DNA of 64,000 nt from Tubiluchus corallicola (lineage: Eukaryota; Animalia; Priapulida): assembly GCA_030141605.1 (NCBI GenBank), contig JAQGDQ010000223.1, forward strand, positions 66,642-130,641, in the 5' to 3' direction. This document shows, piece after piece, positions 1-11,640 of this stretch (within the stretch, counting starts at the first letter, position 1; each line of letters begins with the position of its first letter). A model generated the notes under the pieces. That model saw only the letters and a list, made by a program, of their open reading frames with translations, made no database searches and was not told the origin of the DNA. A program made the translations under genes and the position numbers.

Positions 1-1702
1 ACTATAGCCATCATCAGTGAAAAGCAGATGTTTTTGAAACAAAAGCTAACAGTTTACAGAGACTGAGGACAAACTCAGACATTGCACGAAGTAGAAGTAT
101 AGTAAAATAGCATAATGTCATGTAAAAAATCCACGAAAAGTACAATAAAACCATCGGATGATGTTATTAGTTATTGCTGTTAGAGGAATAGAAACTGTTG
201 CGTATTAAGAGAGGACTTTTTATTATAAACAAACAGGCCACATTAAAAGATCCCAACCATTTTTGCTCTGACAATTCTGAAATGAGAAAAGTCAGCTACA
301 AAGAGGCCAGAGATCTTAATTTTTTATAACTGTGCTGTGTTGAAAGAAATGTGATAAACAGTAACCCTAGCCGATGCTGCCGCAACGCTGATGCCACATG
401 CAGATTATGAATTCACACAATTTTTACTTCTTGTTAAATGATTTGACGAGTAAATGTTGCTTCATAATTTGTACTAAAAACTCTTAGGCCAACAAGCAGA
501 ACATTAGTTCCATGACACACAAAGTGACACCTTGCAAGAATGGCAGTAAAAACATCCAAGACCGATGCAAAAGGATAGTTTCATCACATACACAGGTCTT
601 GGTGCTGCTAAATTGCTGCTCCCACCATGTACATTAAAGCATGGATGGTCATTATCACCGAAATTACAAATTGCATGCTAATAAACAATAAAACAAATAA
701 TTTCATACAACATTAACTAGTACACAAAATTTCATTACCCTATAAGTAATTTTCACCTCACTAATCAAAAATTATTATCAAAATGGAAGGAATGCAAGTG
801 CAAACAAACTGTCTGATCTTATGTATACATCACCAAACAGAAAACTGTCATTCACTTTGTAACTAAATTTTCAATAAATTGTACTTGCCCCACTGGGTGA
901 CAATAAAGGCCTATTTAGACCATTCTAGACATGCCTCTGTCACACAAAACAACTATTTTGTCACACAGAACGACTTGAGAGCTTTCTCGGCGGTATCAAA
1001 TTGAGTTAATAGCACCCAACTGGTTTCCTTACATAATGTAACGTTACAACATTGCTTAATAAAACATAACGTTGTATAACATAACTCAGTTAGGCTACCA
1101 TATCCCTACAATTACTACAGTAGTCACGAAATTACTGGGATTAAACTCAAGAAAAGAACATATCTTTGTTCACAGACTGAACAGTTGCGAGGGGCTGCAA
1201 CCATAAATATTATGGCATACAATGGGTAGTCGAAATTCACTTCCCTTGTTTCAAATTATCGGTTTGGTTCAGGATGGCTAAAGAAAGTGTTCGAAAGCAC
1301 AAGGTTTTTAAGACAAAACTGAAGAGATATACTTTTATTAAGTATTTCTACCAAAATATTTACAGTTGCAGTGACCACTGCAAAATATAATGTAAAAAAA
1401 TATACGGATAACTGAATATACTACTATACAATGAGAGTTCTTCATTTCATCTACAAGTGCCATGTTATAAGGAAAAATCTATAACAATAACCAGATAGGT
1501 GTACTTTGAAATCGCAGTGGATGGTAACATTATTATTCTAGCAAAGCGAGAACAACAACACAAGAAGAACTCTTGAAATGTAATAACAGAGCACCTCGAC
1601 AATAATTCTTGAATGTCAGTGCTAGATACTGGAGACGAAGAGAATGTGGTAGAGAAATAATATCATCACAAAACATGTGATACAGTCACACTGCTTTTGT
1701 GG

Positions 1703-4700
1703 CTATTTCCCGAAGCGCTGTTCACATCTATTGTACCGATGTAACACATTGTAGAAGTCTGGGTAAGTCATATTGTGGTGAGTAAGCAGGTGCCTAGGGA
1801 AAATGAAAAATTATTGATAGCTTTTCCTAACACGGCACATATGTTTGAACGTTTCAGATGGTACTGACTTGGTTTCATGTTACAAAGACCCAAGGTGATG
1901 TAAGAAAAAGCCATAATTATATAAAGTAAAATGCATCTCTAATGAGTTAACTTTTATATGAGTTTAGTTTTCATGAGTATTAAATATATAGTTATGTTGA
2001 TCATAAAATGATATTTACAGTATGCAACTGCCTGCAAACAGGAGAAAAGGTTGCTTGAAAGAGTGGTGAATGAGACAAAGAACAAAGGAAGAGAAAGAAA
2101 CAAGGGGAAAGGAAGCGAAAGGTAGAATGTGTATGAGTCTTCCACCCAAAAAGGAGATAATAACTTTTTCAACTGACGTGGAGTGAAATAACAAAAAGTA
2201 GTTTTCAGTTCGCTTTGGCCATCACACTCTCAATTTACAAGCGAGGCTCACTTGACAAATAAGCCACCAGTGAGTTCTCGTAGAGCCGTCTCATTCCTGA
2301 TCCCTTTATAACAAATGTTTTTCGTAACATGCATTAGAAACACAGAAATCTTAATAAGTATGCACACAGCGATCAATATAATTAAATAACTGGTTAATAT
2401 ACACGAATGGGTTATCAAGTTACTAATTACATGATTACCATGAATCTTCAGAATCAGGCTGACAATAAAAATACTTCTGTTTCCGTCTAATCATCTGGAT
2501 AATGGTTTTTTGTTGCACATCCAGCCAGAAATTTTATAATTTTTTGTACGTTCATATACTTACCAAAGCAGTCATACTAGAAGCGTACTTTTTAATTTAA
2601 AATATAAAATGCAATAATTATTATAACATTGTTGTTTTGGCAGTATACAGCTATGATTTTCTACGGCTAGCTTTCTGCCAGGATTGCCATTTTATGTGAT
2701 GCATTGAAGTCGTATTGGAGGCTAAAAGTATCATATTTTCTGGCACATCAGCAAATTTTTTATCTTAAAAGCTGGATAATGTCACCGCTTATACCAGAAT
2801 TATCAGAACATATGTTCATACTGTACAAAAGAGACTATACAATAATCGACAATTATAAGATAATTATTAATGCGAAACCAAAAAGTAAAAAACTAAGCGA
2901 GAAAAAATGTGTATTGAAAAAATTTAAAACATTATTGCTAACTAGTGGGAAATAAATAAACTTTGATTTCAACTAAATTTAAATGTTGCACGATTCAGCT
3001 TTAAACTCTCAAAAACTTTGAATAAAAATAAACTTTGATTTCAACTAAACTTAAATGTTGCACGATTCAGCTTTAAACTCTCAAAAAACTTTAAAAAATT
3101 TAAAAATGTTTTTTCCTCCTTCCCTACTGAAATCTTTTGAATTCATGAGGTAAGACAGAAACACATTTTTTGTGGACAGTCTCAGTGTTTTCTCTAAGGC
3201 CTCTAGTTATAATTTAAAGCGATCAGGACAATTGTTATAAAGGTCCTTGGATTAGGGTTACTCTCTAATGAGTTCAATGGTGGCTCATTTGGCTAGACTG
3301 CCACAGGTAAAAATCTTATATGAGAAATGACTTTTTCACTGTTTTCTTTCAATGTTGATAATAGGACTTGTCATCCAGTTCTCATAGAGGGAGAATGATA
3401 AAAAACGTAAATTAATTAAATAAACAACTAATTATATTCATTAGTATAGTTACGGTAATCTGTCCCTTTCCCACAATACATACACCAGACTTACATAATT
3501 TCTGTAAGACGTAGCTGCCAAGGCAGGTATCCTATAGTCGAAAGCGCTGGTCCAAAAATTAACACAAGTTCTGGATCTGGCCAGTCATTGGAAGCTAGTA
3601 AAACAATCGCAATAATTAATGCAATAAATATTCAAATGCTACTGCAAATATCAGTCAGACACCTTTATTTGCCTTGCAATTTTTAGCTGACAAATTTGTA
3701 TACAGTACAATCTTTATTTGTATAAATTTGTATACAGTACAGGCCTTATTTGTATTGCAATACCAAAAATGAGTTTTCTCTATCATTTAGCAGGAGTTTA
3801 AAATATGGACTAGCAAAATAAAAAAATACGAATAGGTCTACGAAATTCTTCAGAAATACTCTTAGATTTTCTTAAATTAAAAGTGTACAGATTTGAAAAG
3901 GCAGGCAACAACTGACTATGTACATTGCACTGAAAGCTTTACATAAGAAAAATTGCACACCAATCCTGCTCTGGAATTAAACACGAGCTATTAATCTGAC
4001 AGCAATGTCTTAGTCACATCTCGGCGTACATGCATTCTCGTTTAAATATGGTAAACAACCAGAGACAATATATTACGTGAATCCACCTGGGACCGTTTCA
4101 TGCAGCCACCCATTCACCTACTGATCAGGCTCTGGCACTACCTAACTTCAGTCACTAAGAATACGCTGTGATCACTCAGTTGTTTTCTCAATTAGTAGAT
4201 ATACGACGCAAAATTGTTAGCAAATAGGCAAAATAAACCAACAAACTATAAATAACAATCTTACCATGTAGATATCTACTAAACACAGAAGCATTTACAT
4301 GCGAGCTCTGTTTGCCGTCTACAACATCTTGGCAGAGCTCTCTCGTTGCTGTTACAATACTCTGTCTACCATTCTTGCCATCCAACAAAGTAATTCTAGT
4401 CCGAATTTTGCGGCCATTTTTACCTAATTACAACAAATACGTTACTCTTCCTAGTGTACTTACAGTTCTGAAACAACAGCTCAAAATGTGAAAATTAAGA
4501 ATAATTAGCAGTTATTATTTAAATTGCCTGCATCTCAAGAAAATTTAATAAAATTGGCAAAAAAATTGTTTAGACTATGCGGTATCAAAGTTACACCTAA
4601 AGTTTTCGAAATATATAATTCATATGCTGTATACTGCAAAACAAGTAAAAACTTTTATAAATTTACAATGAAAACTTGTTAAGAAACAATACTACAAATA

Positions 4701-5623
4701 CTTTGATTGACAGAAAATTTTAAGCAAACTTAAATTAAAAAAAATAGCGAATTCAATTAATTGGCTTATATTAGTCGACAAATTTGCTTAAAACATTCAT
4801 GTTAGTAGAAGCAATGCAAAGAATGTTTCTAGAGAATATATAAATTATTGGTACATCACGCACTTTATCATTTTACTATTTGTGCCCTTATTAATGCACA
4901 AATAATGTTTTAGGCTAAGATTGTGATTTCTGAGCTACTATTTTGTTTTCCCCAATGCAGACTTTTGCGTTCAAGCTATAAAACAACAAATATGGTTTGA
5001 AATCTTAATGAAAGTTTTTATGAAGAACACTACCATCAGTCGTTACAGAAAAAAATCAACAAAATCTGTTATATTTGTATGCTCACAAGTTTCAAAGATA
5101 TGTGAACGAAATACCATTAGAATAAGCATGGATTATGGTTCTGTAAATCATTTTATTGACTGTCTAAAAACACCTAAAACTATTCTCTGATAAATGCAAA
5201 AGAAATTTACAAGTTACATAAATTTTTACCTGGATTTCCAAGATCATTCACAGCAAACTGCACTCCTAGATTACTCAAATTAGTATTAAACAACTGTTCA
5301 CTCTTCTTCTGGAGTAATTTTTGTAGAGAAATTGAGCTTTTTACTAACCGGCCTGCAAAAAATATGAAATAACAGCACTATTATAATAATAAACCAATTA
5401 GTAACATAAAATAGTATTGACGACCAAAGTTCTGATTTTGATTTATATAATATTCTAAGTAATAAAAAAATAAAACAACAAGAATTGTATGTGTTGCAGT
5501 ATCCTGGCCCATCTATAAGCTCACTCTAATTTAATGTCTACCACATGTTTCAGGGAATGTGCATATACAGATAACTGAATATTAAACTGTGTATAATGCT
5601 ACTTTGATAAAATTGGAGAATTG

Positions 5624-5668
<45 letters not shown>

Positions 5669-7047
5669 CGTGCGTGCGTGTGTGTATGTGTGTGTACTGT
5701 GATAGGTTTGGTTAATTGTAATTATTCTCTATTTGTAACAGGACTGAAACTGTCAGAAATGTTTTTATGATTGTCGTTAAGATAGGGTTATGTGATTATC
5801 CATTTTTAAAGTAAACCTCAATATGTATTTCTTTAATTGTTTGTGTCTCACTACTTTGAACGTTTAATCATTTTTATTTAGTCATTCGTACTTCCTATTT
5901 CAAATGTTCACAAACCAATAAAAACAGGCAAAATTTGATTAAAATGTATTCAACAAAACAAATAATTATTCATTCAATTCATTGATAGCGCATACTTCAC
6001 AAGCTATAGTTTGATCCTCACGTTACAAATTTCACAAATATATCGTGCTAGTTGACTATCATAAATGTTTACTTATATATATATCATGGTAGCCATATAT
6101 ATATCATACGTATATATACTGTCGGGAAATCGCATATATATTTCCCAAAGTTAAATTTAATTTTGTGTGTCTATAAAATCGCTCCTAAATTCTCTAGCAC
6201 TTTTTTCTAATTAATGAATTTTCCTTTCACTCACTATATATATATCACTAAGCTAGTAGGTTTCTACCTTTCTTTATAGCATAGTACAATAGAAACATGC
6301 TACGCAACTGGCTACCATGATGAATTAACTAAAGCTATAAGTATATGTCTGTTTGGAAATGAGATTGATGAGGTGGATTTTTTGGAAATATGTTATGTGA
6401 TGTGAACGTAACATCAGCATATGTAATCACGTAATATGCCCTTATATTAACAAAGAAAAAAATCCACCAGAATCATTAGGAAAGCTGTAGTGTGAATAAC
6501 CAGTGTTTATATTACGTTTTTATGGCCCTATCCTTAGTAGTAGAAGTTCAAGAAATTAACTTGTTAGGTCATGAAAACATAAGGCATAATGCTATAGACA
6601 CAAATGAAGGCAATGGGACAGGGCACAAATGATGCGGGTTAAATATGAGCTAAAGTTTTCTTATTTTTTTGGAAAAAGGTAAATTGTTTTCGAAAAAATG
6701 AAGTGCCCACGATTTTGGCCAGACTTACCTTGTTGATCATATAAACTGACAAATGATATACCAAATCCGATACACCATATTAATATGGCGATTATGTGTT
6801 CAAAAGAAATATCTGATTCTGATACAATTACACCTAAATGAGATGGCAATTTAAGATTTCCATCATATTGCATCATCTGTCCGAATCCTCGATCGGAGTC
6901 GAACGTGCCGTTTATATGATTTTTATAAAATGTCCACAAACACGTAGTAGCGTGGTCAATAGCTAACTTCAAAGCCAACACCCAATGGAGCATTTGCAGA
7001 AGTAAAGCATAGAAGGAAAAAATTGCCTCAGCATATATTAATTGCAT
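1703..7047 (-). CDS. NUS1: Dehydrodolichyl diphosphate synthase complex subunit NUS1 (Nogo-B receptor); 5 coding exons
   Basis: Exons 7047-6729, 5352-5230, 4423-4265, 3594-3495, 1793-1703. All introns are GT-AG with consistent phases; 792 nt = 263 aa + TAG. The translation has a hydrophobic N-terminus, [50 protein letters not shown]...[12 protein letters not shown] and the C-terminal RxG motif (CEQRFGK*) typical of NgBR/Nus1. Confidence 0.95.
2955..3092. repeat. Tandem duplication, about 72-bp unit x2
   Basis: ATAAACTTTGATTTCAACTAAA...GCACGATTCAGCTTTAAACTCTCAAAAACTTT occurs twice back-to-back in NUS1 intron 4. Confidence 0.85.
4083..4175 (-). mobile_element. 5S rRNA-derived SINE relic
   Basis: Minus strand ACTGAAGTTAGGTAGTGCCAGAGCCTGATCAGTAGGTGAATGGGTGGC resembles the 5S internal control region (GAAGTTAAGCA...GCCTGGTTAGTACTTGGATGGG); degenerate. 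Confidence 0.45.
5628..5695. repeat. (TG)n/(TGCG)n microsatellite
   Basis: Directly visible. Confidence 0.95.
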
Positions 7048-7739
7048 TTTCCATTAAATTTACAGTTTTAATGAAACTGTTTGACGCATTAATTTAACAC
7101 GTTTTAGTTATACCCACGTAAACAGCAATGCGGAATATCTTTCACCTGCCAAGTTCGGTCATTGCGCTATTTATGTCGCCTCGGTTGTTTATCCATCTGA
7201 TCGATTTCTGCCTCAAAAAAATTTTAAAATCGAAATTTAACAATCATTTTTTCGTAATTTAACCACAATGCAACGAAAGCAATTACGAAGAATAAAATGA
7301 AACAGAAATGACACAAAAACAACAATAACACTTTCAAACTGAAGAAAACTACATCCATGTGTCTACTAAATTTTAAAAGTTTAGATAAATTAACTAATTG
7401 CAGCTTCTTTCTAAAAATGTGTCTATTGCGTGCATTGACCAATAGTTCATTGTTTACACGAGAAGGTGAAGTGCATTCCATAATATTAACCACAAGTTTA
7501 GGTAAAATCTTTTTTTACATTTTTTACATCTCTGTAATGTAAAATTGATACAAATGTAACAATTTTTTTTAAATATCTATTTCCATAAATCTTGCAAAAA
7601 ATCGTCATTATCATTTCTGAAATCTATGTAAAAAATAGCACTAGTCAGATTTTTTTAATCATGCATGCATTTAAAGGACTTGCATAGATTAATCTTACCT
7701 TTTGACCTTTCGATAATATTACCTTTAAAAGTCATAGGG

Positions 7740-8790
7740 ACTTAGAGTCGAACTCGGTTATGGTGCCTTCTCAAACATGTTTTAAAATTATTGAAGATGG
7801 CACTTAAACGGCTGCCGTTGGTAATAATTTGTTTCCAGGGTCGATGACGCCGGAAGTCAGAAAAGTGCAATCGAATATTGGTTCGTGAAAAAGGAACACA
7901 TAGCTTGGAGGGGTGTCCATGGAAGGGTCTAGGAGGGTGTGAAAAAATCATCTTTATGGAGGATGGATGCTCCATTGATTATTTTATAACAGTTGATGAG
8001 TTCAATGGTTTCTCTCCATTGTTCCAGAGTTGATAATGTAGAAAGATCAGCGTCCTCAGCTAGTACTAGTCTAACCCGTCGTTTTTGTGTTTTTTCCAAA
8101 GATGCTTTGAGAGTGGAGTATTGTGGTGAGCAGACTATACTGAAGAATAGGGTGTACAACAGCTCTGTAAGGTGGGATGATTACCGAGGCTTTCCTGGAC
8201 ATAATACAACGTTTGATTATGCCAATGTGTTGATTAACTTGTATAATGATATTGCTAAGGTGATCGATCCATCTTTAAGATAATTTGGAGTTTGACTCTT
8301 AGGACGGATATGCAAAAGATGGCTCTTGCTTTTTTAGGCTCCAATAATGATTCTTCCAACCATTTTTCAATATTGCCGAGGACGAATTGTAGAATATATT
8401 ATTACTGCCATCAAATATGTGAACGGTCTTTGTCTTGTTTATTTTTTAATTTAGAACTGCCTGAGAGGAATCACTGGCAAAGATCTTCAGACCTGGCATT
8501 TTTTGCCAGTTTTTATAAAACTTATTTTATTTTCATTAAACTGAGATAGGAAAAATGGGATCGCAAGAAATGGGTTAGTACACATCATTGGAAGGAGCAT
8601 TTAGAGTAAAGTGTAACAGTTTCCTGTGAGGTTCTTGGCCCATGCCACAGCAATAATGTTTTTCTCCACACACACATGCAACTTTTCGGGAAGAAACTCT
8701 ATTGTGACATTGCAATATTAAAACTCGCTAAAAACTTATTACATGGAAGAGAAGGGGAACATCATCGTGGCAAAATAGATGGCTTCACAG
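7740..8790 (-). pseudogene. Decayed non-LTR retrotransposon (CR1/L2/Jockey-like) reverse transcriptase 3' fragment
   Basis: Broken minus-strand frames give NQHIGIIKRC, YRAVVHPILQYS, LEKTQKRRVRLV, LSTLEQWRETIELINCYKIING and RTNIRLHFS, matching the C-terminal region of LINE ORF2; many stops and frameshifts. Confidence 0.75.
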
Positions 8791-8961
8791 GGTTACTTCG
8801 GTAGCAGTAATCCAAAAATCATAAAAATGCATTTGTAAAAAGTTAGCTTGACACGATGATTAAAAATAGCACAATATACCTCAGTTGACCAATTCGCAAA
8901 AATATTGTTGCTGCAGTTTTTTGTACAGCCATGACAACGGGCATAATTATGGTATCTTGAA

Positions 8962-9343
8962 TAGGGATGAGCAATCTCTACCAGAAAGCGAATTCAAATT
9001 GAATCGAATTTGTAACTTTTGAATTCGAATTGAACCGAACTTCAGTATTTCGAATTCGAATTGAGATTAAAAGATTTTCGAACAAGTTTTCGAACTAGCA
9101 GTAAAAATTAGTCTTACAAAGATCATGCATATTACTCGATTTTGTTCATCAGAAAAGCCACTAATAATTTGTTTAAAATTGTGCAGAGAAATCACAGCTA
9201 AATTATGATAATTGCATGATGTTTCAATCGTTTTAATGATAAAGGACGTATGTGATTAAAGTGTTGAATTATTTGAATCTATAGTTTAAGTTCGAATTGA
9301 ATTCCAACTAAAAAAAAATTCGAACGTTCGATGCTCACTCCTA
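8962..9343. mobile_element. hAT-type MITE
   Basis: Ends TAGGGATGAGCA ... TGCTCACTCCTA (imperfect TIR). Interior has many CGAATT/TTCGAA subterminal repeats. Flanks ATCTTGAA / ATCTCGAG look like a decayed 8-bp TSD (6/8 match). Confidence 0.75.
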
Positions 9344-10609
9344 ATCTCGAGTTTGTTAGTTGCTGCTAATAATTATTATTTTGCCTGAATAAGTGTCACC
9401 TTATCAGCAAGTTTTGCGACTCTTAACATTATATCTTTCAAAAGTTTTAATTTAGATAATTATTGAATAAAATAAACCGTGTTATAATATTGAATAATTA
9501 ACATCTATGCCTGTTACAACACTTTGGTTTGGTGTTCTTTTAGGCAGTGCACCTTAACTTGTAATTGGAATGGTGCTGCTTTTTAAATTCCAATAAAGCC
9601 ATAATTCCAATCATTTACTCTTTTATTTATGGTTATTACAAACCGGTCCAAAGAAACAGCCTAATTAGCGAGAGAAAGATTTCTGCTCTTGTTTACACAC
9701 AGCGCTTCAGACTGCGACACTAAAAATTCAGCTAAAAGCTAGACACTGTTATGCCAGTCTGCCAGTGGCTTGTCAGCACCACTTCCGAGTATATTAGCTT
9801 GCTTGCTGCTGTATTTGCTTGTTTTGAAGGCGAATTTCATTTAGTTCCGAATTCTGGTTGCCCAGTGTCTACAATACTATAGACGAATGCCTGTAATGGG
9901 ATAATAGGATAAATGATGAAGCGCCTGACTCGCTTGAATAAATGAAGGAAATAAGTGATATCCGCGAAGGCCATAAAAAGTTTAGACATTGTTTTTTGTG
10001 AATTATGCCTATTTTGTAGAAAGTTAATAGGAATAGCTTCTACGTTTGAGAAATACTCAAGAATTGCGTAAAACTTGAGAAATATATGTCCAACAATTTC
10101 TAATCGAAAGTTAAGTGTTGCCATTATTGTGAGTGTAGTAATACTATGATAACATTTGTTTTTAAATATGATTTCGTCGCCGCTATTTTACCGTAATTTT
10201 TTGGGAGCCAGGTTTCTTCCACTTAGCTTTGTATTTAATAACTTGGGCAGTGATGCAAAGCCTCACCTTCCTGATTACAACACGAGTGTAAATGTTCATG
10301 AACATAAATTAAAGAGGCCACAAAGAAAACCTAATCAACAACGACTATGGGATGGAATGACAGGATTGGAAGAAAGAATAGTGGTAGGTTTACCTGTTAT
10401 CATTACGTATGAATAACTTAGCAGTAAGCATTAAAAATTATTAATTTGGCTTACATTAAAGGGGGAATATCATGAAAATCAAGTTAAACTTATTTTATAA
10501 TTGCCTTTTCCATGAACAACTTGGCGAAATTTTTTAGCAGTACGTTGTCTAATCAATGAGTAATTATGTCGTACACAACTAGGCTAAGAATGTATACATG
10601 TTTATATAT

Positions 10610-10800
10610 ATATATAATATTCGAGGCTACAGCTTCGATGGCGGCACCATTTGCGGCGATCTATATATCAAATGAAAGGTCTCAATGTAGTGTGGTCTCA
10701 TTGGGGGATTGGGGGTTTATTTTTCGAATCGGGCCCACCAGGACGAAGGGGGGGGGCAAAAAACCTCCCAAAATGGCCCTTTTTCGGCCGTTTTTTCAAA
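10610..10800 (+). mobile_element. Unclassified interspersed repeat, copy 1
   Basis: GGCACCATTTG...CTATATATCAAATGAAAGGTCTCAATGTAGTGTGGT...TTTATTTTTCGAATCGGGCCCACC...AAAATGGCC is homologous to the reverse complement of 61085-61240. Confidence 0.7.
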
Positions 10801-11254
10801 ACTTATACCTCTTATTTCTGGAGGATGTTTGCATATTTTTGATTATAAGTGTATTTATACGCAAAATTTTTTGCGAGGTCTGTGCTAGTTAACATATTAT
10901 TATCCACTTTTACAAAATAAAAAAGTAACGATATAATGTGGTTCGATGACAAAATAATTATTTATTGTGTTATTTCAAGCAAGGTTATTCTGACACTCAT
11001 TCTATTACAAAGTTGAAAAAAGTATTTGTAGTACAATATAATCTAGTATAATGCTCGAATGGCCCATCTAATTGCTGAATCATAGTGTAACACATTCCAC
11101 GGCTGTTTTTCAATAAGAACAATCAGGATGACCAAAACCGAGCAAATCACGCATTCAATCCACAATAGACTAATCTTTAGCGATACTGTGATACCGTCAC
11201 AAGGTATAGGCGTAGGCATTCTCCCCTTGTGACTTATGCCACATTTTATCTATA

Positions 11255-11430
11255 ATTTTCGCCACCAGAGGCGCAGGCGCAGGTCCTTGCTCAATGGTGG
11301 CCTAGTCAAATAATTATGATATCAAATTTCAATTCAAAACTAAAAGTGCTATAATAGCAAAATAATTTGACGTCACTGTTCAGTATGTGACGTTTTGTAA
11401 GGCACGTGTTTTCTTAATCAGCTGACCACA
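11255..11430 (+). promoter_or_regulatory. Candidate promoter region of the ArsS-like gene
   Basis: Local CpG enrichment, GCCACCAGAGGCGC (11261-11274), a perfect CRE palindrome TGACGTCA (11368-11375) and an E-box CACGTG (about 11403), 250-400 bp upstream of the first coding segments. Confidence 0.35.
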
Positions 11431-11640
11431 ATGACCATGACTATATAGTCATAGGGGAGTTAAGTGACAGTTCCAAGGCTTGTTTTTGTGCTGATGGATT
11501 TGACTATCCAGCCCTGTGATATAAGTGAAATATAAAAAAAATTTTGATAACGCCAAATAAGGAGGGCAATTGAAAATCGTATCAATTTCCAGTACACTAC
11601 ATTCACAAGAGGCTGACTGAATTATACCAACATTTGCTTA

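Noticed and set aside
7357-7542. ORF MCLLNFKS... as first coding exon of the ArsS-like gene
   Set aside because: Its donor at 7501 is phase 1 while the 11786 exon needs phase 0; no bridging exon keeps the frame open.
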